DNA of 47,623 nucleotides from a virus (Duplodnaviria; Heunggongvirae; Uroviricota; Caudoviricetes): IMG/VR virus record IMGVR_UViG_2541047816_000005, positions 1 to 47,623 of that record; one strand, 5' to 3'. Shown piece by piece: positions 28,642 to 38,891 of this stretch (position 1 is its first letter; each line of letters starts with the position of its first letter). The notes under the pieces were generated by a model. It saw only the letters and a program-made list of their open reading frames with translations, ran no database searches and was not told where the DNA came from. The position numbers and the translations under genes were made by a program.

Positions 28642-30603
28642 TCATGCCGCAGCATCCGCGTTGTTCACTTCCACCTTCACACTGTCAATCAGCAGCGTAT
28701 ATGTCGCCGCCTTTGATATGCCTGTCAGTTGCAGTTTGTCCGCCGCCCCTGATGCCGGAGATTTCACCAGTGTGAACGGCGTCCCCCGTTTCTCATCCAG
28801 TACCGGCGTCACCTGAATGCTGTTGTTTCCGGCAAACTCAAAAGCCAGTGTGTGCCATCCGTTATCAAAGACCCCGAACGTATCCAGCTTCGCATTCGGC
28901 TTCTTGTGGTGCATCGCGTTCAGGTTCGTCGCATCCGTCTGCAGGAAGAAGGACATCAGCATGTCGTTGCCTTCCTCTGCCAGCGTCACTCCCTCCGGCA
29001 GGGACGACAACTGCCAGTAAATGCCCAGGGCAAACTGATTCGGCACCAGTGAACCCGGCAACTTAAACCGTACGCTCACACGTCCCCCCTTCTTCAGTAA
29101 CTCCACTCCCTGTCCGGCTGCATCATGCTCCAGAAACCAGATGTGGTTTTCCGGTTTATTCAGTTGCAGGGCCTTACCTCCCGTAGCCCCCGCATCACTG
29201 ACCACCGCTTCAGCAATGTTTTTGTTAACATTGTCTCCGCTCGCCGGTTTGTGATAATAGCGCCAGCCCTGTGATGCCAGGTCTTCGCCGGACGCCAGCA
29301 GACTCATCAGGGTTCGGTTACTGACCGGGGCTTCCGGCTCTCTCTCCGTACCTTCACCGGAAGGTCCGGTGGGCTTCACCGTATCAGGCTGTTTTCCGGT
29401 AATGAATTCAGCGTTTCTCCCGGCATGCACAAGAATCGCCGTTGCCAGACGGTCGGAAATAATCCCACGACGTGCCCATGATCCAAAATGCGTTTTACGG
29501 TCAGCCGTCGTCCAGGTTTTGGCGTCCGTTCGACCACCGGCTCCGTAATACCCAATATCCGCAACATCCGGATCTTCTGACGGCTCGTTGGTACCCACAT
29601 TTCGCCCGTTTTCATCCGTCATAAACGGCACAAAGAAGATTTTTTTTGCGGATTTCGTCTTGTATGCACCATACACCGCATCGTATTGCGAAGAATAAGT
29701 CTGCTTCCAGTAGTAGGTCGTGTCGCCACAAATCCAGGGAACTGATGACGGAGAGCCCCCGAGACACTGACCTCCGAATTCCGACAGGTCAGAACGATAT
29801 TTTTCCACCATGGAATCAAACAGCCCCGGCTGAGTGGCGTATGCACCCTGTTTCAAATCAAACTCGCCCTGCATCCAGACCACTGCAAGCAGAATATTTT
29901 TAGGGTTGGCCTTCAGTGCGGCCTGAGTACGGGTAAGCAGGTCCTTGTACAGTGGCTTATCTACACCCCAGCGTGCCGAGGTCTCGCTTGCGCCGGTGGA
30001 TTCGCTGAAGGTACCTTCATCGCCCGCCAAAAATGCAGAACCACCACGGCAGCACGGAACCAGAAGAATACCGGCATTCGCCGGAATAAACGGCAACAAT
30101 TTCTTCGCGATATGTAATCCCTGCCCCACGCATCCATACTGAGCTGCGCTGGCTTTCGGGTGTGAAAACTTACTCAAATCCTGAACATCATGCAGGCAGT
30201 GGTCCGCAGGAATAATGTCATTGTAGTTACAGGACGCACCACCCGGCGTGACAGTGCTGCGACGCGCCAGCTGTTTAATACGCGGGTCCGGACGGTCATA
30301 TGTCTCCGGCAGCGGAAGCCCTTCACCATACGCCATACCGTTTGACTGCCCGGCCAGGGCAACAACAAAGTAATACTCCGGGTTGCTGGTGGTGCTGATA
30401 ACTGCGCCTTCTCCATCCGACGGCTTCACCACCACAGGTGTGGTGACATCACCTTCCGCCGCAATGGCCTGCATCAGGGTATAAGGCGTGATGGCCACCG
30501 GACTGCCAAATGGCTGCCACCCCTCCTTCAGTTTTTGTGTCAGTCGTTTCGCAAGGTCTGACGGCGATGCCGCCCTGACCACGTCATAGTGTTTAAATGC
30601 CAT
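28642..30603 (-). CDS. prophage sialate O-acetylesterase-like protein (NanS-p type)
   Basis: 653 aa; conserved N-terminal domain MAFKHYDVVRA...GWQPFGSP followed by an SGNH/esterase-like region; typical position upstream of the lysis genes. Confidence 0.75.
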   Translation of the reverse strand: MAFKHYDVVRAASPSDLAKRLTQKLKEGWQPFGSPVAITPYTLMQAIAAEGDVTTPVVVKPSDGEGAVISTTSNPEYYFVVALAGQSNGMAYGEGLPLPETYDRPDPRIKQLARRSTVTPGGASCNYNDIIPADHCLHDVQDLSKFSHPKASAAQYGCVGQGLHIAKKLLPFIPANAGILLVPCCRGGSAFLAGDEGTFSESTGASETSARWGVDKPLYKDLLTRTQAALKANPKNILLAVVWMQGEFDLKQGAYATQPGLFDSMVEKYRSDLSEFGGQCLGGSPSSVPWICGDTTYYWKQTYSSQYDAVYGAYKTKSAKKIFFVPFMTDENGRNVGTNEPSEDPDVADIGYYGAGGRTDAKTWTTADRKTHFGSWARRGIISDRLATAILVHAGRNAEFITGKQPDTVKPTGPSGEGTEREPEAPVSNRTLMSLLASGEDLASQGWRYYHKPASGDNVNKNIAEAVVSDAGATGGKALQLNKPENHIWFLEHDAAGQGVELLKKGGRVSVRFKLPGSLVPNQFALGIYWQLSSLPEGVTLAEEGNDMLMSFFLQTDATNLNAMHHKKPNAKLDTFGVFDNGWHTLAFEFAGNNSIQVTPVLDEKRGTPFTLVKSPASGAADKLQLTGISKAATYTLLIDSVKVEVNNADAAA

Positions 30604-31201
30604 GAATCCTCCCGGCCGGGATAATATTGTGAGTAAAATAAGGAGCGGGCTGAAGTCCGGAAGTTACAGGACAATGGCAGAAGAGAGACGACAGCCCGCA
30701 ATTCGAAAAAGACCGCGCAGTTGCGCAGAGTGATTACTATGGGGTATTATTCGTCAGCTGAAATATTACTTCACGTTTTATTGTTTATTCCTTGCCGCCC
30801 GCGTCTCCCAGCGCGGGCTTTTTTTGTCCATAAGAAAGCCCCTCCGGAGAGGGGCTGGAGAGTGGCGCTATGTGCCATTGCATGATGCCGGGTGCCTCCC
30901 GGTGAGTTCAGCCCGGTGACACTGAACCCGCGTCATTCTCGTTTTGATAATCAGAGATTATACCATCACCAGTCGCCCCTCCGCTCAGGGGGATTCACCA
31001 TGCCGTTCTCTTTTAACAAATTCGCCGCTAACAGGACAACATTCCGCTTTCTGAGTTGTGAGGAATTTAACACTTCACACCTGTGTGCATTTTCTACAGG
31101 CTGATCCCAGCACCACAATACATCGCAGGCAACAGAAGCCAAATGCCCCACCACAGAAAAAACATGCAATTATGATTATTGTTTACTGCAAAGATGTAGA
31201 A

Positions 31202-31630
31202 TCACGGTTTAAAATCCAGCACTCCATTGTGAAATACTTTATATACTTCCGGAGACGGCGGAACTGGTATATCAGCATGCTTCACCGCATTCATCGCTTC
31301 ACGACATAAATCGGGGTCTCCACCTTCTCTTTTAACCTGTAGCAGAAGACCATTCGGGGCCATATACATTCTCAGTGAACACTCTTTTCCTGAATACTTA
31401 CTCGCATCCTTTAACTGTTCTTCTATGGCTTTCCTGACCTGAATGGCATACTGCCTGATTTCTTCACTGGCATCAGGGGTACGTTCCGATGAGCTCAAAT
31501 TTTGCGACTTTATTAATTTATCTGAGTGATACAGAGAAGCATCATAATTATTTGTCGATACATCTTTTGTGCAGCCAGTTGTCAGACTGGCTAATATCAA
31601 AACAAGAACTGGTACAGCACGGCAATACAT
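31202..31630 (-). CDS. outer-membrane lipoprotein with TolA C-terminal (domain III)-like fold
   Basis: lipobox LTTGC with Thr at +2; C-terminal 85 aa align with the TolA C-terminus (GKECSLRMYMAPNGLLLQVKREGGDPDLCREAM...PPSPEVYKVFHNGVLDFKP). Confidence 0.7.
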   Translation of the reverse strand: MYCRAVPVLVLILASLTTGCTKDVSTNNYDASLYHSDKLIKSQNLSSSERTPDASEEIRQYAIQVRKAIEEQLKDASKYSGKECSLRMYMAPNGLLLQVKREGGDPDLCREAMNAVKHADIPVPPSPEVYKVFHNGVLDFKP

Positions 31631-31908
31631 TTATCCATCTCCATATTAACAAGAACAATTATCTATAAAATATAGTAAATATGCGGGATCCGGGAGGACT
31701 TGTAACTATCATCTCCGGATCAGCATGTAGTTTTTATTTTTCCGGATGATATATGCCGCAATAATACCTCTGCATACAGATGCCTGCAAATATCTGCGAA
31801 GCATCCGGCGAGAATAAACAAGGAAGTCTGAGGCTATCTTATATGATAGCCTGTTGCTCAAAAGACAATGATTCACTCATCAGAACCAACAACGCATAAT
31901 GCAGATAA

Positions 31909-31985
31909 TGGACCGCCATCGAGGACTCGAACCCCGCGCAGCCAGCTTCGAAGGCTGGCGCTCTATCCCGATGAGCTAATGGCGG
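31909..31985 (-). tRNA. tRNA-Arg, anticodon UCG, CCA encoded
   Basis: hand-folded cloverleaf: acceptor CCGCCAT/ATGGCGG, D-stem GCTC/GAGC, anticodon loop CUUCGAA, T-loop TTCGAGT, 77 nt. Confidence 0.7.
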
Positions 31986-31994
31986 TATGTGATA

Positions 31995-32070
31995 TGGTGG
32001 CCCTTGCTGGATTTGAACCAGCGACCTGGCGATTATGAGTCGCTCGCTCTCACCACTGAGCTAAAGGGCC
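31995..32070 (-). tRNA. tRNA with anticodon CAU, most similar to tRNA-Ile2 (ileX-like)
   Basis: GGCCCTTTAGCTCAGTGGTGAGAGC...CTCATAA...GGTTCAAATCC...GGGCCACCA; close to ileX as recalled; 76 nt. Confidence 0.7.
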
Positions 32071-32110
32071 GGGCGCAGGATAATAACGGTACGTAACTAA
32101 TTCTGCAATA

Positions 32111-32449
32111 TCATCCGTTCTGACTGACTAAATCCTGAACTTCCCGAACCGTCTGCTCAAAACGTTCAGTCTCCAGCTCAACGCCTGTAGCACGACGGCC
32201 CAGTGCCAGTGCAGCTTTAACTGTTGAACCTGACCCCATAAAAAAATCTGCAACCAGGTCACCCGGACGACTGCTTGCGCTGATTATCTGCTGCAGCATT
32301 TCTGCCGGTTTTTCGCACGGATGTTTCCCGGGATAGAACTGCACCGGTTTATGCGTCCAGACATCGGTATACGGCACCTGCGCCGTCACGCCAAAATACC
32401 GCCGCAGTCGGCATTCACAACCACCAGCGCATTTAACGTTCAGGCACAA
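32111..32449 (-). pseudogene. C-terminal fragment of a DNA N4/N6 methyltransferase
   Basis: 112 aa with HPCEKP and DLVADFFMGSGSTVKAALALGRRATGVELE motifs; no upstream ORF supplies the N-terminal catalytic motif. Confidence 0.5.
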
Positions 32450-32899
32450 AAAAACCCGCTCGACGGCGGGTTTAAGCTGTGTGACGAAGTAACCACTCTT
32501 AACAGCATAACCAATTTTTTACGTACGTAAACTACTAAATGATATTTGTGAGAATGCCACCGAGTGTTCAAAACACCACCACAAATACATAAGAAAACTT
32601 CAACAAATAACCAATGAATAATTTCCGATGTTATTTTTAGGTTGTTTAAATTAAGCCAAAAAATTATAGGGCGCTTATAAATAAGTGTCATTAATATAAA
32701 TTAGCTAATAGATTTATTTTTGTTCAAACAAGAGCCATGAATAGGATTAGATAGAAAAGGTTCAGATAAAAATAGAGATCTACGTCACAAATTAAATGAG
32801 AAACTAAAACTTACATCTTGAAATAATCACATTGATTAGATGAATATTTATCGCGCAGTGACATCATTTTTTTATAATAGTTCAAAAAAAGGGCGTACA

Positions 32900-33982
32900 A
32901 TGAAAAAATTAACAGTGGCAATTTCTGCTGTAGCTGCATCAGTACTGATGGCGATGTCTGCTCAGGCAGCTGAAATTTATAATAAAGACAGTAACAAGCT
33001 GGATCTATACGGGAAAGTTAATGCCAAGCACTACTTCTCCTCTAATGATGCAGATGATGGTGATACTACTTATGCTCGTCTTGGCTTCAAAGGTGAAACC
33101 CAAATCAACGATCAACTGACTGGTTTCGGTCAGTGGGAATATGACTTCAAAGGCAACCGTGCTGAATCTCAAGGTTCTTCCAAAGACAAAACCCGTCTTG
33201 CATTTGCAGGCCTGAAATTTGGTGATTACGGCTCAATCGATTACGGTCGTAACTACGGTGTAGCATACGACATCGGTGCGTGGACTGACGTTCTGCCAGA
33301 ATTCGGTGGTGATACCTGGACCCAGACAGATGTGTTCATGACTGGCCGCACTACTGGTGTTGCAACTTATCGTAACAACGACTTCTTTGGTCTGGTCGAT
33401 GGCCTGAACTTTGCTGCTCAGTATCAGGGTAAAAATGACCGCACTGACGTAACTGAAGCCAATGGTGATGGTTTCGGTTTCTCCACTACTTATGAGTATG
33501 AAGGATTCGGCGTGGGTGCAACCTATGCTAAATCAGATCGCACTGACGGTCAGGTCGCCTATGGTAAGAGCAAATTCAATGCCTCCGGCAAAAATGCGGA
33601 AGTATGGGCTGCAGGCCTGAAATATGATGCGAACAATATCTATCTGGCTACCACATATTCTGAAACTCAGAATATGACCGTTTTTGGTAATAACCATATT
33701 GCAAACAAAGCACAAAACTTTGAAGCAGTAGCACAATATCAGTTTGACTTCGGTCTGCGCCCATCTGTTGCTTACCTTCAGTCAAAAGGTAAAGACCTTG
33801 GTGTTCATGGTGACCGAGACTTAGTCAAGTATGTCGATGTCGGTGCTACTTACTACTTTAATAAAAACATGTCCACTTTTGTTGATTACAAAATCAACTT
33901 AATTGACGATAGTAAGTTTACCAAAACAGCTGGTATTGATACCGACGACATCGTCGCTGTAGGTCTGGTTTATCAGTTCTAA
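32900..33982 (+). CDS. OmpC/OmpF/NmpC-family porin (prophage-encoded)
   Basis: signal peptide [38 protein letters not shown] start and C-terminal VAVGLVYQF; start set at internal ATG 32900. Confidence 0.9.
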   Translation: MKKLTVAISAVAASVLMAMSAQAAEIYNKDSNKLDLYGKVNAKHYFSSNDADDGDTTYARLGFKGETQINDQLTGFGQWEYDFKGNRAESQGSSKDKTRLAFAGLKFGDYGSIDYGRNYGVAYDIGAWTDVLPEFGGDTWTQTDVFMTGRTTGVATYRNNDFFGLVDGLNFAAQYQGKNDRTDVTEANGDGFGFSTTYEYEGFGVGATYAKSDRTDGQVAYGKSKFNASGKNAEVWAAGLKYDANNIYLATTYSETQNMTVFGNNHIANKAQNFEAVAQYQFDFGLRPSVAYLQSKGKDLGVHGDRDLVKYVDVGATYYFNKNMSTFVDYKINLIDDSKFTKTAGIDTDDIVAVGLVYQF

Positions 33983-34119
33983 TCTGACTTACGAAAAAGA
34001 TATGTTGCGGGAGGCTTTGCCTCCCCAACATATAAGTGGAGCCCTCAAGCCACTTCCTTTAGAAGCACTACCTTGCTTCTTACTATATAAACCTTCTGTT
34101 ATATATTACCCTTTATTTT

Positions 34120-34145
34120 GGGGGCGTTTCCACGCCCCATTTTTA
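34120..34145 (+). terminator. rho-independent terminator-like hairpin downstream of porin, adjacent to the Q stop
   Basis: GGGGCGT-TTCC-ACGCCCC followed by ATTTTTA. Confidence 0.35.
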
Positions 34146-34170
34146 ATAACTTTTAGTAAACAATTGCATA

Positions 34171-34554
34171 TCAATTAGAATTATTAGCAACGATATCCAT
34201 ATCTAACCGGATATCTAATGCCATTAACATCCCTTCAATTATGCCCTCAGCCTTCTGTAACCTTTTCCCGATATAACCATCCGAGCAGCAATGCTTACTT
34301 GCCAGTGACATGAATGTCATACCACATACATAATAATCTACTAATAAATCGTGTAAATCGCTGTTGTTCTTTTTCAGACGGGCCATGCACCCGCAAATGA
34401 TCATCGCGTCATCGTCACAACATTGCGGGCGAGATTTTACTTTTGAAGGAATTAATCCCTTAAAACCGGCAGCAATGGACGACCAGGTCACATCCTCATG
34501 ATTATTTGCCGCCCATGCGCCCCAGCGTTCAAGAACCATCTGAATATCACGCAT
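34171..34554 (-). CDS. late-gene antiterminator Q (QuuD/phage-82 type)
   Basis: [26 protein letters not shown]...[13 protein letters not shown] matches QuuD as recalled; start ATG shares one base with the upstream stop (TGATG). Confidence 0.8.
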   Translation of the reverse strand: MRDIQMVLERWGAWAANNHEDVTWSSIAAGFKGLIPSKVKSRPQCCDDDAMIICGCMARLKKNNSDLHDLLVDYYVCGMTFMSLASKHCCSDGYIGKRLQKAEGIIEGMLMALDIRLDMDIVANNSN

Positions 34555-35411
34555 TATTCGCACTCACCAACCAGATTGAGAATGACCGCTGCACCGTCGT
34601 CTTCCATGCATTCACCCTTACCACTTGCCAGAAACCAGCGGCACACCTCCACGGCTTCAGCGCGTGTCACCGGTTTGATGGTTGCCAGCAATTTTTCAAG
34701 GTAGCGCTCGCGGTCATATACCGATTCGTGATGCTCAGAGTAACCAAACTCATCGCCCTGTTCTTTAGTTGCAGTGTGGCGAACACTGTAGAGCCAGTCC
34801 CAGTAAACGAACTCGCGAACAACATCAGACAGCGTATAAGGCTCAGGCAGCACATCGCGATATCCATCAACAAATGCCCGACGCTGTTCATCAATTTCGT
34901 TCATGCGGCTGCCGCCAATGCTTCCGGCTTTTTTCTCTGCCGCAGTCCAGCCCCAGAGATGATCGTTGATAAATTTCTGGGAAGACCTGATGACCCGCTC
35001 TGCTTCCACATCTTCGAGCGCTGCTTCATAGCTACCAAACGTAGCCCTGACTGATGCCGCTTTTTTGATGTTCTCCCGGGCGTTCCTGATAACCTGCGCA
35101 GGGTTATCCATGCCGATGATGCCGAACGCAACTTGGAAAGGTTCGTAACCATTCGCCAGCAGATAACGCGAATAGCGTTCCTGAGCCTCTTTTGGGGAAA
35201 TTTTAATTTTCACCAGCGCAGCCTCAGCAGCATCCAGATGTGCGGGTTCGTTCAGACGGATAACCTCCAGCACCCAAAGATAAGCATCAGTCTGCTTATG
35301 CCCGGTGATTCTCCGTTGCTCTGGCAGGGGCTTGATGTTTGCGAGGGCGGAGCTGTACGCTGCCGTCGGGATGGTGAATAGTGCTTTATGTTCGTTATTA
35401 TCAGTACGCAT
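34554..35411 (-). CDS. hypothetical protein (285 aa) coupled to Q
   Basis: long ORF in the early-right operon; no family recognised. Confidence 0.55.
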   Translation of the reverse strand: MRTDNNEHKALFTIPTAAYSSALANIKPLPEQRRITGHKQTDAYLWVLEVIRLNEPAHLDAAEAALVKIKISPKEAQERYSRYLLANGYEPFQVAFGIIGMDNPAQVIRNARENIKKAASVRATFGSYEAALEDVEAERVIRSSQKFINDHLWGWTAAEKKAGSIGGSRMNEIDEQRRAFVDGYRDVLPEPYTLSDVVREFVYWDWLYSVRHTATKEQGDEFGYSEHHESVYDRERYLEKLLATIKPVTRAEAVEVCRWFLASGKGECMEDDGAAVILNLVGECE

Positions 35412-36379
35412 TACGCAACCGCCTTTTTCTTATGGAAAACCAGCTCTCGAACCTGATCACCGTTCATGAGCATATTGTTGAAATCATCGTGATCCGGCCA
35501 GTACACGCTCACGCGCTGCAGGTCATTCTTTGCCATCAGATTGGCATGAGCACATTCGCAAGCCGCAGCCAGCCCGGTGGCGCTGTTCTCGTCACGGTCG
35601 GCAAAAATAATCAGGTGCAGAACACCAGCTGGTACGCGAAACTTTTTCATAAAGCCGCTGTTAATGGTTGCCCAGGTGTTCACGTTATAAATCTGGTGCG
35701 CTGACAGCGCTGTTTCGATGCCTTCGGCGATACCCAGAGTGCTGGCGACAGGAAACATGCGGATAGCTACAGAACGAGCGTGATCCAAATAGTTATCTTC
35801 CTGCAGGGATTTGAGGCGCTTTGCACTGCTACCGATATCTGCTTTTTTATCACCATCAAGCAGAGTCTGGTGCAGATAGCACAACTCCCCTTTATCGTCC
35901 GTAGCAAGTGAATAAAGAGACTGGAACACACTCCCGTTGTGTCTCTGCCTGGCATTGAACCGGATCGCCTCAGCAGGAAGACTGAATATTCCACGAGAAT
36001 TAAGATACGCTGCGCCGGATGTACCACGCAGTGCCTCCAGTTTTGAAAACTTGCTCAATACCCGTTTGCGTAAGCTGGTGGCGCTGCTGGTTACCGGGAT
36101 TTTAACCCGTTGGTAATCATTACCGATCAGGCGGTCTATTTCGGTACAAATCTCGTTAAATGGCTTCGCCTGTGTCAGGGTGACAAGTTTCATACCATCG
36201 CCACTACCACATACACAGATCCACGTTCCTGCACCGTCGCGGTCATCAATTCGGAACTTGCCACGTGCACCGCATACCGGGCATTCACCCTTGAAGTGAT
36301 TTTTTCCTGTTATCGGCGGCAAGCCGAAGTGCTCTAATATTTCAGGCCAGCGGCCTTTCGCTGCAGCTGCTGTTTTCAT
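35411..36379 (-). CDS. phage primase-like protein (zinc ribbon plus TOPRIM-like)
   Basis: 322 aa; CPVCG...CVCG zinc motif and acidic LIIFADRDENSATG block. Confidence 0.7.
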   Translation of the reverse strand: MKTAAAAKGRWPEILEHFGLPPITGKNHFKGECPVCGARGKFRIDDRDGAGTWICVCGSGDGMKLVTLTQAKPFNEICTEIDRLIGNDYQRVKIPVTSSATSLRKRVLSKFSKLEALRGTSGAAYLNSRGIFSLPAEAIRFNARQRHNGSVFQSLYSLATDDKGELCYLHQTLLDGDKKADIGSSAKRLKSLQEDNYLDHARSVAIRMFPVASTLGIAEGIETALSAHQIYNVNTWATINSGFMKKFRVPAGVLHLIIFADRDENSATGLAAACECAHANLMAKNDLQRVSVYWPDHDDFNNMLMNGDQVRELVFHKKKAVA

Positions 36380-36380
36380 C

Positions 36381-38039
36381 TTACTGACTCAAACTGTTTA
36401 TATTTTTCTGGAGTTGTTGCTTTGCTTGCATGATGCGCCAAGCCTCAGTGCCTATTGGCATCTCGCTTCGCTCACCTCGTTCCTGAGACAGAGGAATCGT
36501 TGCCTGCAATTTTTCTATAGTTCTCTGCGTCCGCTGACGGCCTTTGGCAAACCGAATCAGCTTGTGTTTGATGTAGTTACTTACTTCTGGGCTTATTTCC
36601 ATCGGGAAACTGCTCAACCCATCAGGCCATTCACCGAATTTCTCCCTGAAAGTGTGAGCACACCATCCATCACTGACTGGACGCCCCAGCGAAGCACGCT
36701 GGCGCTGATAAAATTTGATCTGACTCCACCAGGACTGTTTCTCTGCCTTCGTCGACTGATGCTGATTTTTACCCAGCTTATTAAGTTTGCGGCTAGTGTC
36801 AGTATCAACGTCTTCACCTCGCAGCGGCTTGTGTCCACATTTCGGGCAAACATAGACGCCAACTGGCTTCATGTAGTGGCATTGAGGGCATTCATGTGGC
36901 AGTTTTTCGGCCCGTTCCTCAACTGCGCGGCGCGCGCTTTCCTCCATGCCATCAGACTTACCGGGAAGATCGTCGTACTCGATTGAATCCGGATAACCCA
37001 AACGGTGCACGGTGCCGCTGTGATCGAAGATAAGGCAGGACGCTTTACCCGGTGCGGTGCGCAGCCCACGCCCGAGTGCCTGCAACCAGCGAATTTCGCT
37101 TTTTGTTGGCCTGGCGTAGATGATGCAACGAACGTCACTATCGAATCCGGCTACCAGAACGCCCACACTAACGATGATTTTCGTTGCACCGGTTTCAAAG
37201 CGGTGAATGATGGTCTGGCGCTCATCTACCGGAGTGTCGGCGGTCATTACCTCAGCGTTAACACCCGCCAGGTTAAACTGGATTGTCAGATAATTGGCGT
37301 GAGCTACGTTGACGCAGAAAGCGATGGTAGGTAGATCCCGACCATTCTCCAGCCAGTTCTGTACGATGTCGCCCACCAGCGTAGATCCGCACATGATTTC
37401 AGCCAGCTGTGTTTCGTTGTAATCGCGGCCGTACTCAAGCGAAGATGTGGTTTTAACACCTTTCAGATCCGGCTTAGTTGGCGCGTAAAATTCGTATTTA
37501 CTCAGATCGCCACGCTGGATTAACTCGCCGATGGTGGTCGGCTTAATCAGTCGGTCATAGTATTTGCCCAGGAACGGGGAAAACGGAGTACCCGACAGGC
37601 CAATCACCTTTACGCCTTTGCCGCGCAGACGTTCGATATCCTTCAGGATGCGTTTTTTACGCAGGTGCGCTTCGTCGATAATCAGCAGATCGATATTTTC
37701 AGGAAAAACACGACGAATAAGCGTATCAGCGCTGGCAATCTGAATTTTCCGGTCCGGATCGTAGTTCGGGTGATCCGCCCAGATATAACCGATTTCATCT
37801 CCAGGTAAACCATACTGCACGAACCGATTAGCCGTCTGACCAATCAGGATGGTGTACGGAACACAGAACAGAACGCGCATACCACGGCTGACAAAACCAG
37901 CAACTATGAAGGCTGCCAGACCCGTTTTACCGCTACCGGTTGGCGAGTACACCATGAAAGTGTCGTTTGCCTTCCAGTCACGGCGCAACATGTTTAACGC
38001 TCGTTCCTGTGCAAAATTCGGCGTGATCGTCAGCTCCAT
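36381..38039 (-). CDS. superfamily-2 DNA helicase with C-terminal zinc ribbon
   Basis: 552 aa; Walker A SPTGSGKT, DEAH-like LIIDEAH, C-terminal CPQC...CPKCGH. Confidence 0.8.
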   Translation of the reverse strand: MELTITPNFAQERALNMLRRDWKANDTFMVYSPTGSGKTGLAAFIVAGFVSRGMRVLFCVPYTILIGQTANRFVQYGLPGDEIGYIWADHPNYDPDRKIQIASADTLIRRVFPENIDLLIIDEAHLRKKRILKDIERLRGKGVKVIGLSGTPFSPFLGKYYDRLIKPTTIGELIQRGDLSKYEFYAPTKPDLKGVKTTSSLEYGRDYNETQLAEIMCGSTLVGDIVQNWLENGRDLPTIAFCVNVAHANYLTIQFNLAGVNAEVMTADTPVDERQTIIHRFETGATKIIVSVGVLVAGFDSDVRCIIYARPTKSEIRWLQALGRGLRTAPGKASCLIFDHSGTVHRLGYPDSIEYDDLPGKSDGMEESARRAVEERAEKLPHECPQCHYMKPVGVYVCPKCGHKPLRGEDVDTDTSRKLNKLGKNQHQSTKAEKQSWWSQIKFYQRQRASLGRPVSDGWCAHTFREKFGEWPDGLSSFPMEISPEVSNYIKHKLIRFAKGRQRTQRTIEKLQATIPLSQERGERSEMPIGTEAWRIMQAKQQLQKNINSLSQ

Positions 38040-38452
38040 TGTGCAGCTCCCGTGCTGATGAGATAATAATTTTGTGATGTGGTTTTCATGGATTCCCCCT
38101 CACATGGCTGGTGGCCTCCCCAAAGGCTGCCAGCCTCCCTTCTGATTCAGCTCCTCTGAAAAATCACTCTTCCAGGAAGAACCCTTTTCGTTTCTCAACG
38201 CCTGAGCGCTTTGTACTACCTTGCTGATACGGGCGTTTTTTTAAATTGCGCCCTTAAGACAGTGATCTACTTAACCAATGGATCTCTCCTGTTGGAAAAG
38301 ACCCTATTCCTGCCCCAACACCCAATCCCCCCTTACCCCCCTTACCCTCTTCCCCATAAAAACGTACTACTTCCCTAGTACACATGAGGAGTTGGGTCAG
38401 TTGGTTGCCAACCTGAACAGGCACCTTTAAGCCTGCTTCTGTTCGGGTACCT

Positions 38453-38761
38453 TTAAACCCGAAACAATGAGGAGCGCGATTGCGTTCCTGCCAGGGGCGG
38501 CTGAGTTGTATACCCCTGTAAAGCTCTGCCCTGATTTCTCACAAACAAGCGGAGCCTTGTGTTTGCTTCGTGCCTTGCTCTGTTCTCCTTGCGGAATGAA
38601 ACAGGCTCAGCGTCAAAAGTGATTTCGTATACCTCCGCATATTTCAGGGCGACCTTCCGTCTCAGTGACGGAGGCAGCCCCTGTAACTGCTGCTGAATCC
38701 ACTCTTCGTCTGCCTGGCAGTACCTAGCTGGCATTTCAACCCTGACTAAATCCTGTTGCAT
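38453..38761 (-). CDS. hypothetical early-right protein (102 aa)
   Basis: ORF between Cro-like gene and the helicase upstream region. Confidence 0.45.
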   Translation of the reverse strand: MQQDLVRVEMPARYCQADEEWIQQQLQGLPPSLRRKVALKYAEVYEITFDAEPVSFRKENRARHEANTRLRLFVRNQGRALQGYTTQPPLAGTQSRSSLFRV

Positions 38762-38891
38762 GGCTTACTCTTCCCGCTTCGCTATGAGGTTATAAACCCC
38801 GCTGATCGGGTCATACCATATGCTGCGTGGCAGCAGCTTCTGGAAGTAGCGCGGATCTGGCATTACGGTTGACTGTTGTGACATGTCACAC

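Noticed and set aside
30780-30865. Two hairpins upstream of the esterase gene (GCCCGCG...CGCGGGC plus T-run; GCCCCTC...GAGGGGC)
   Set aside because: They look like convergent terminators, but orientation and T-tracts are ambiguous and no plus-strand gene ends here; not called.
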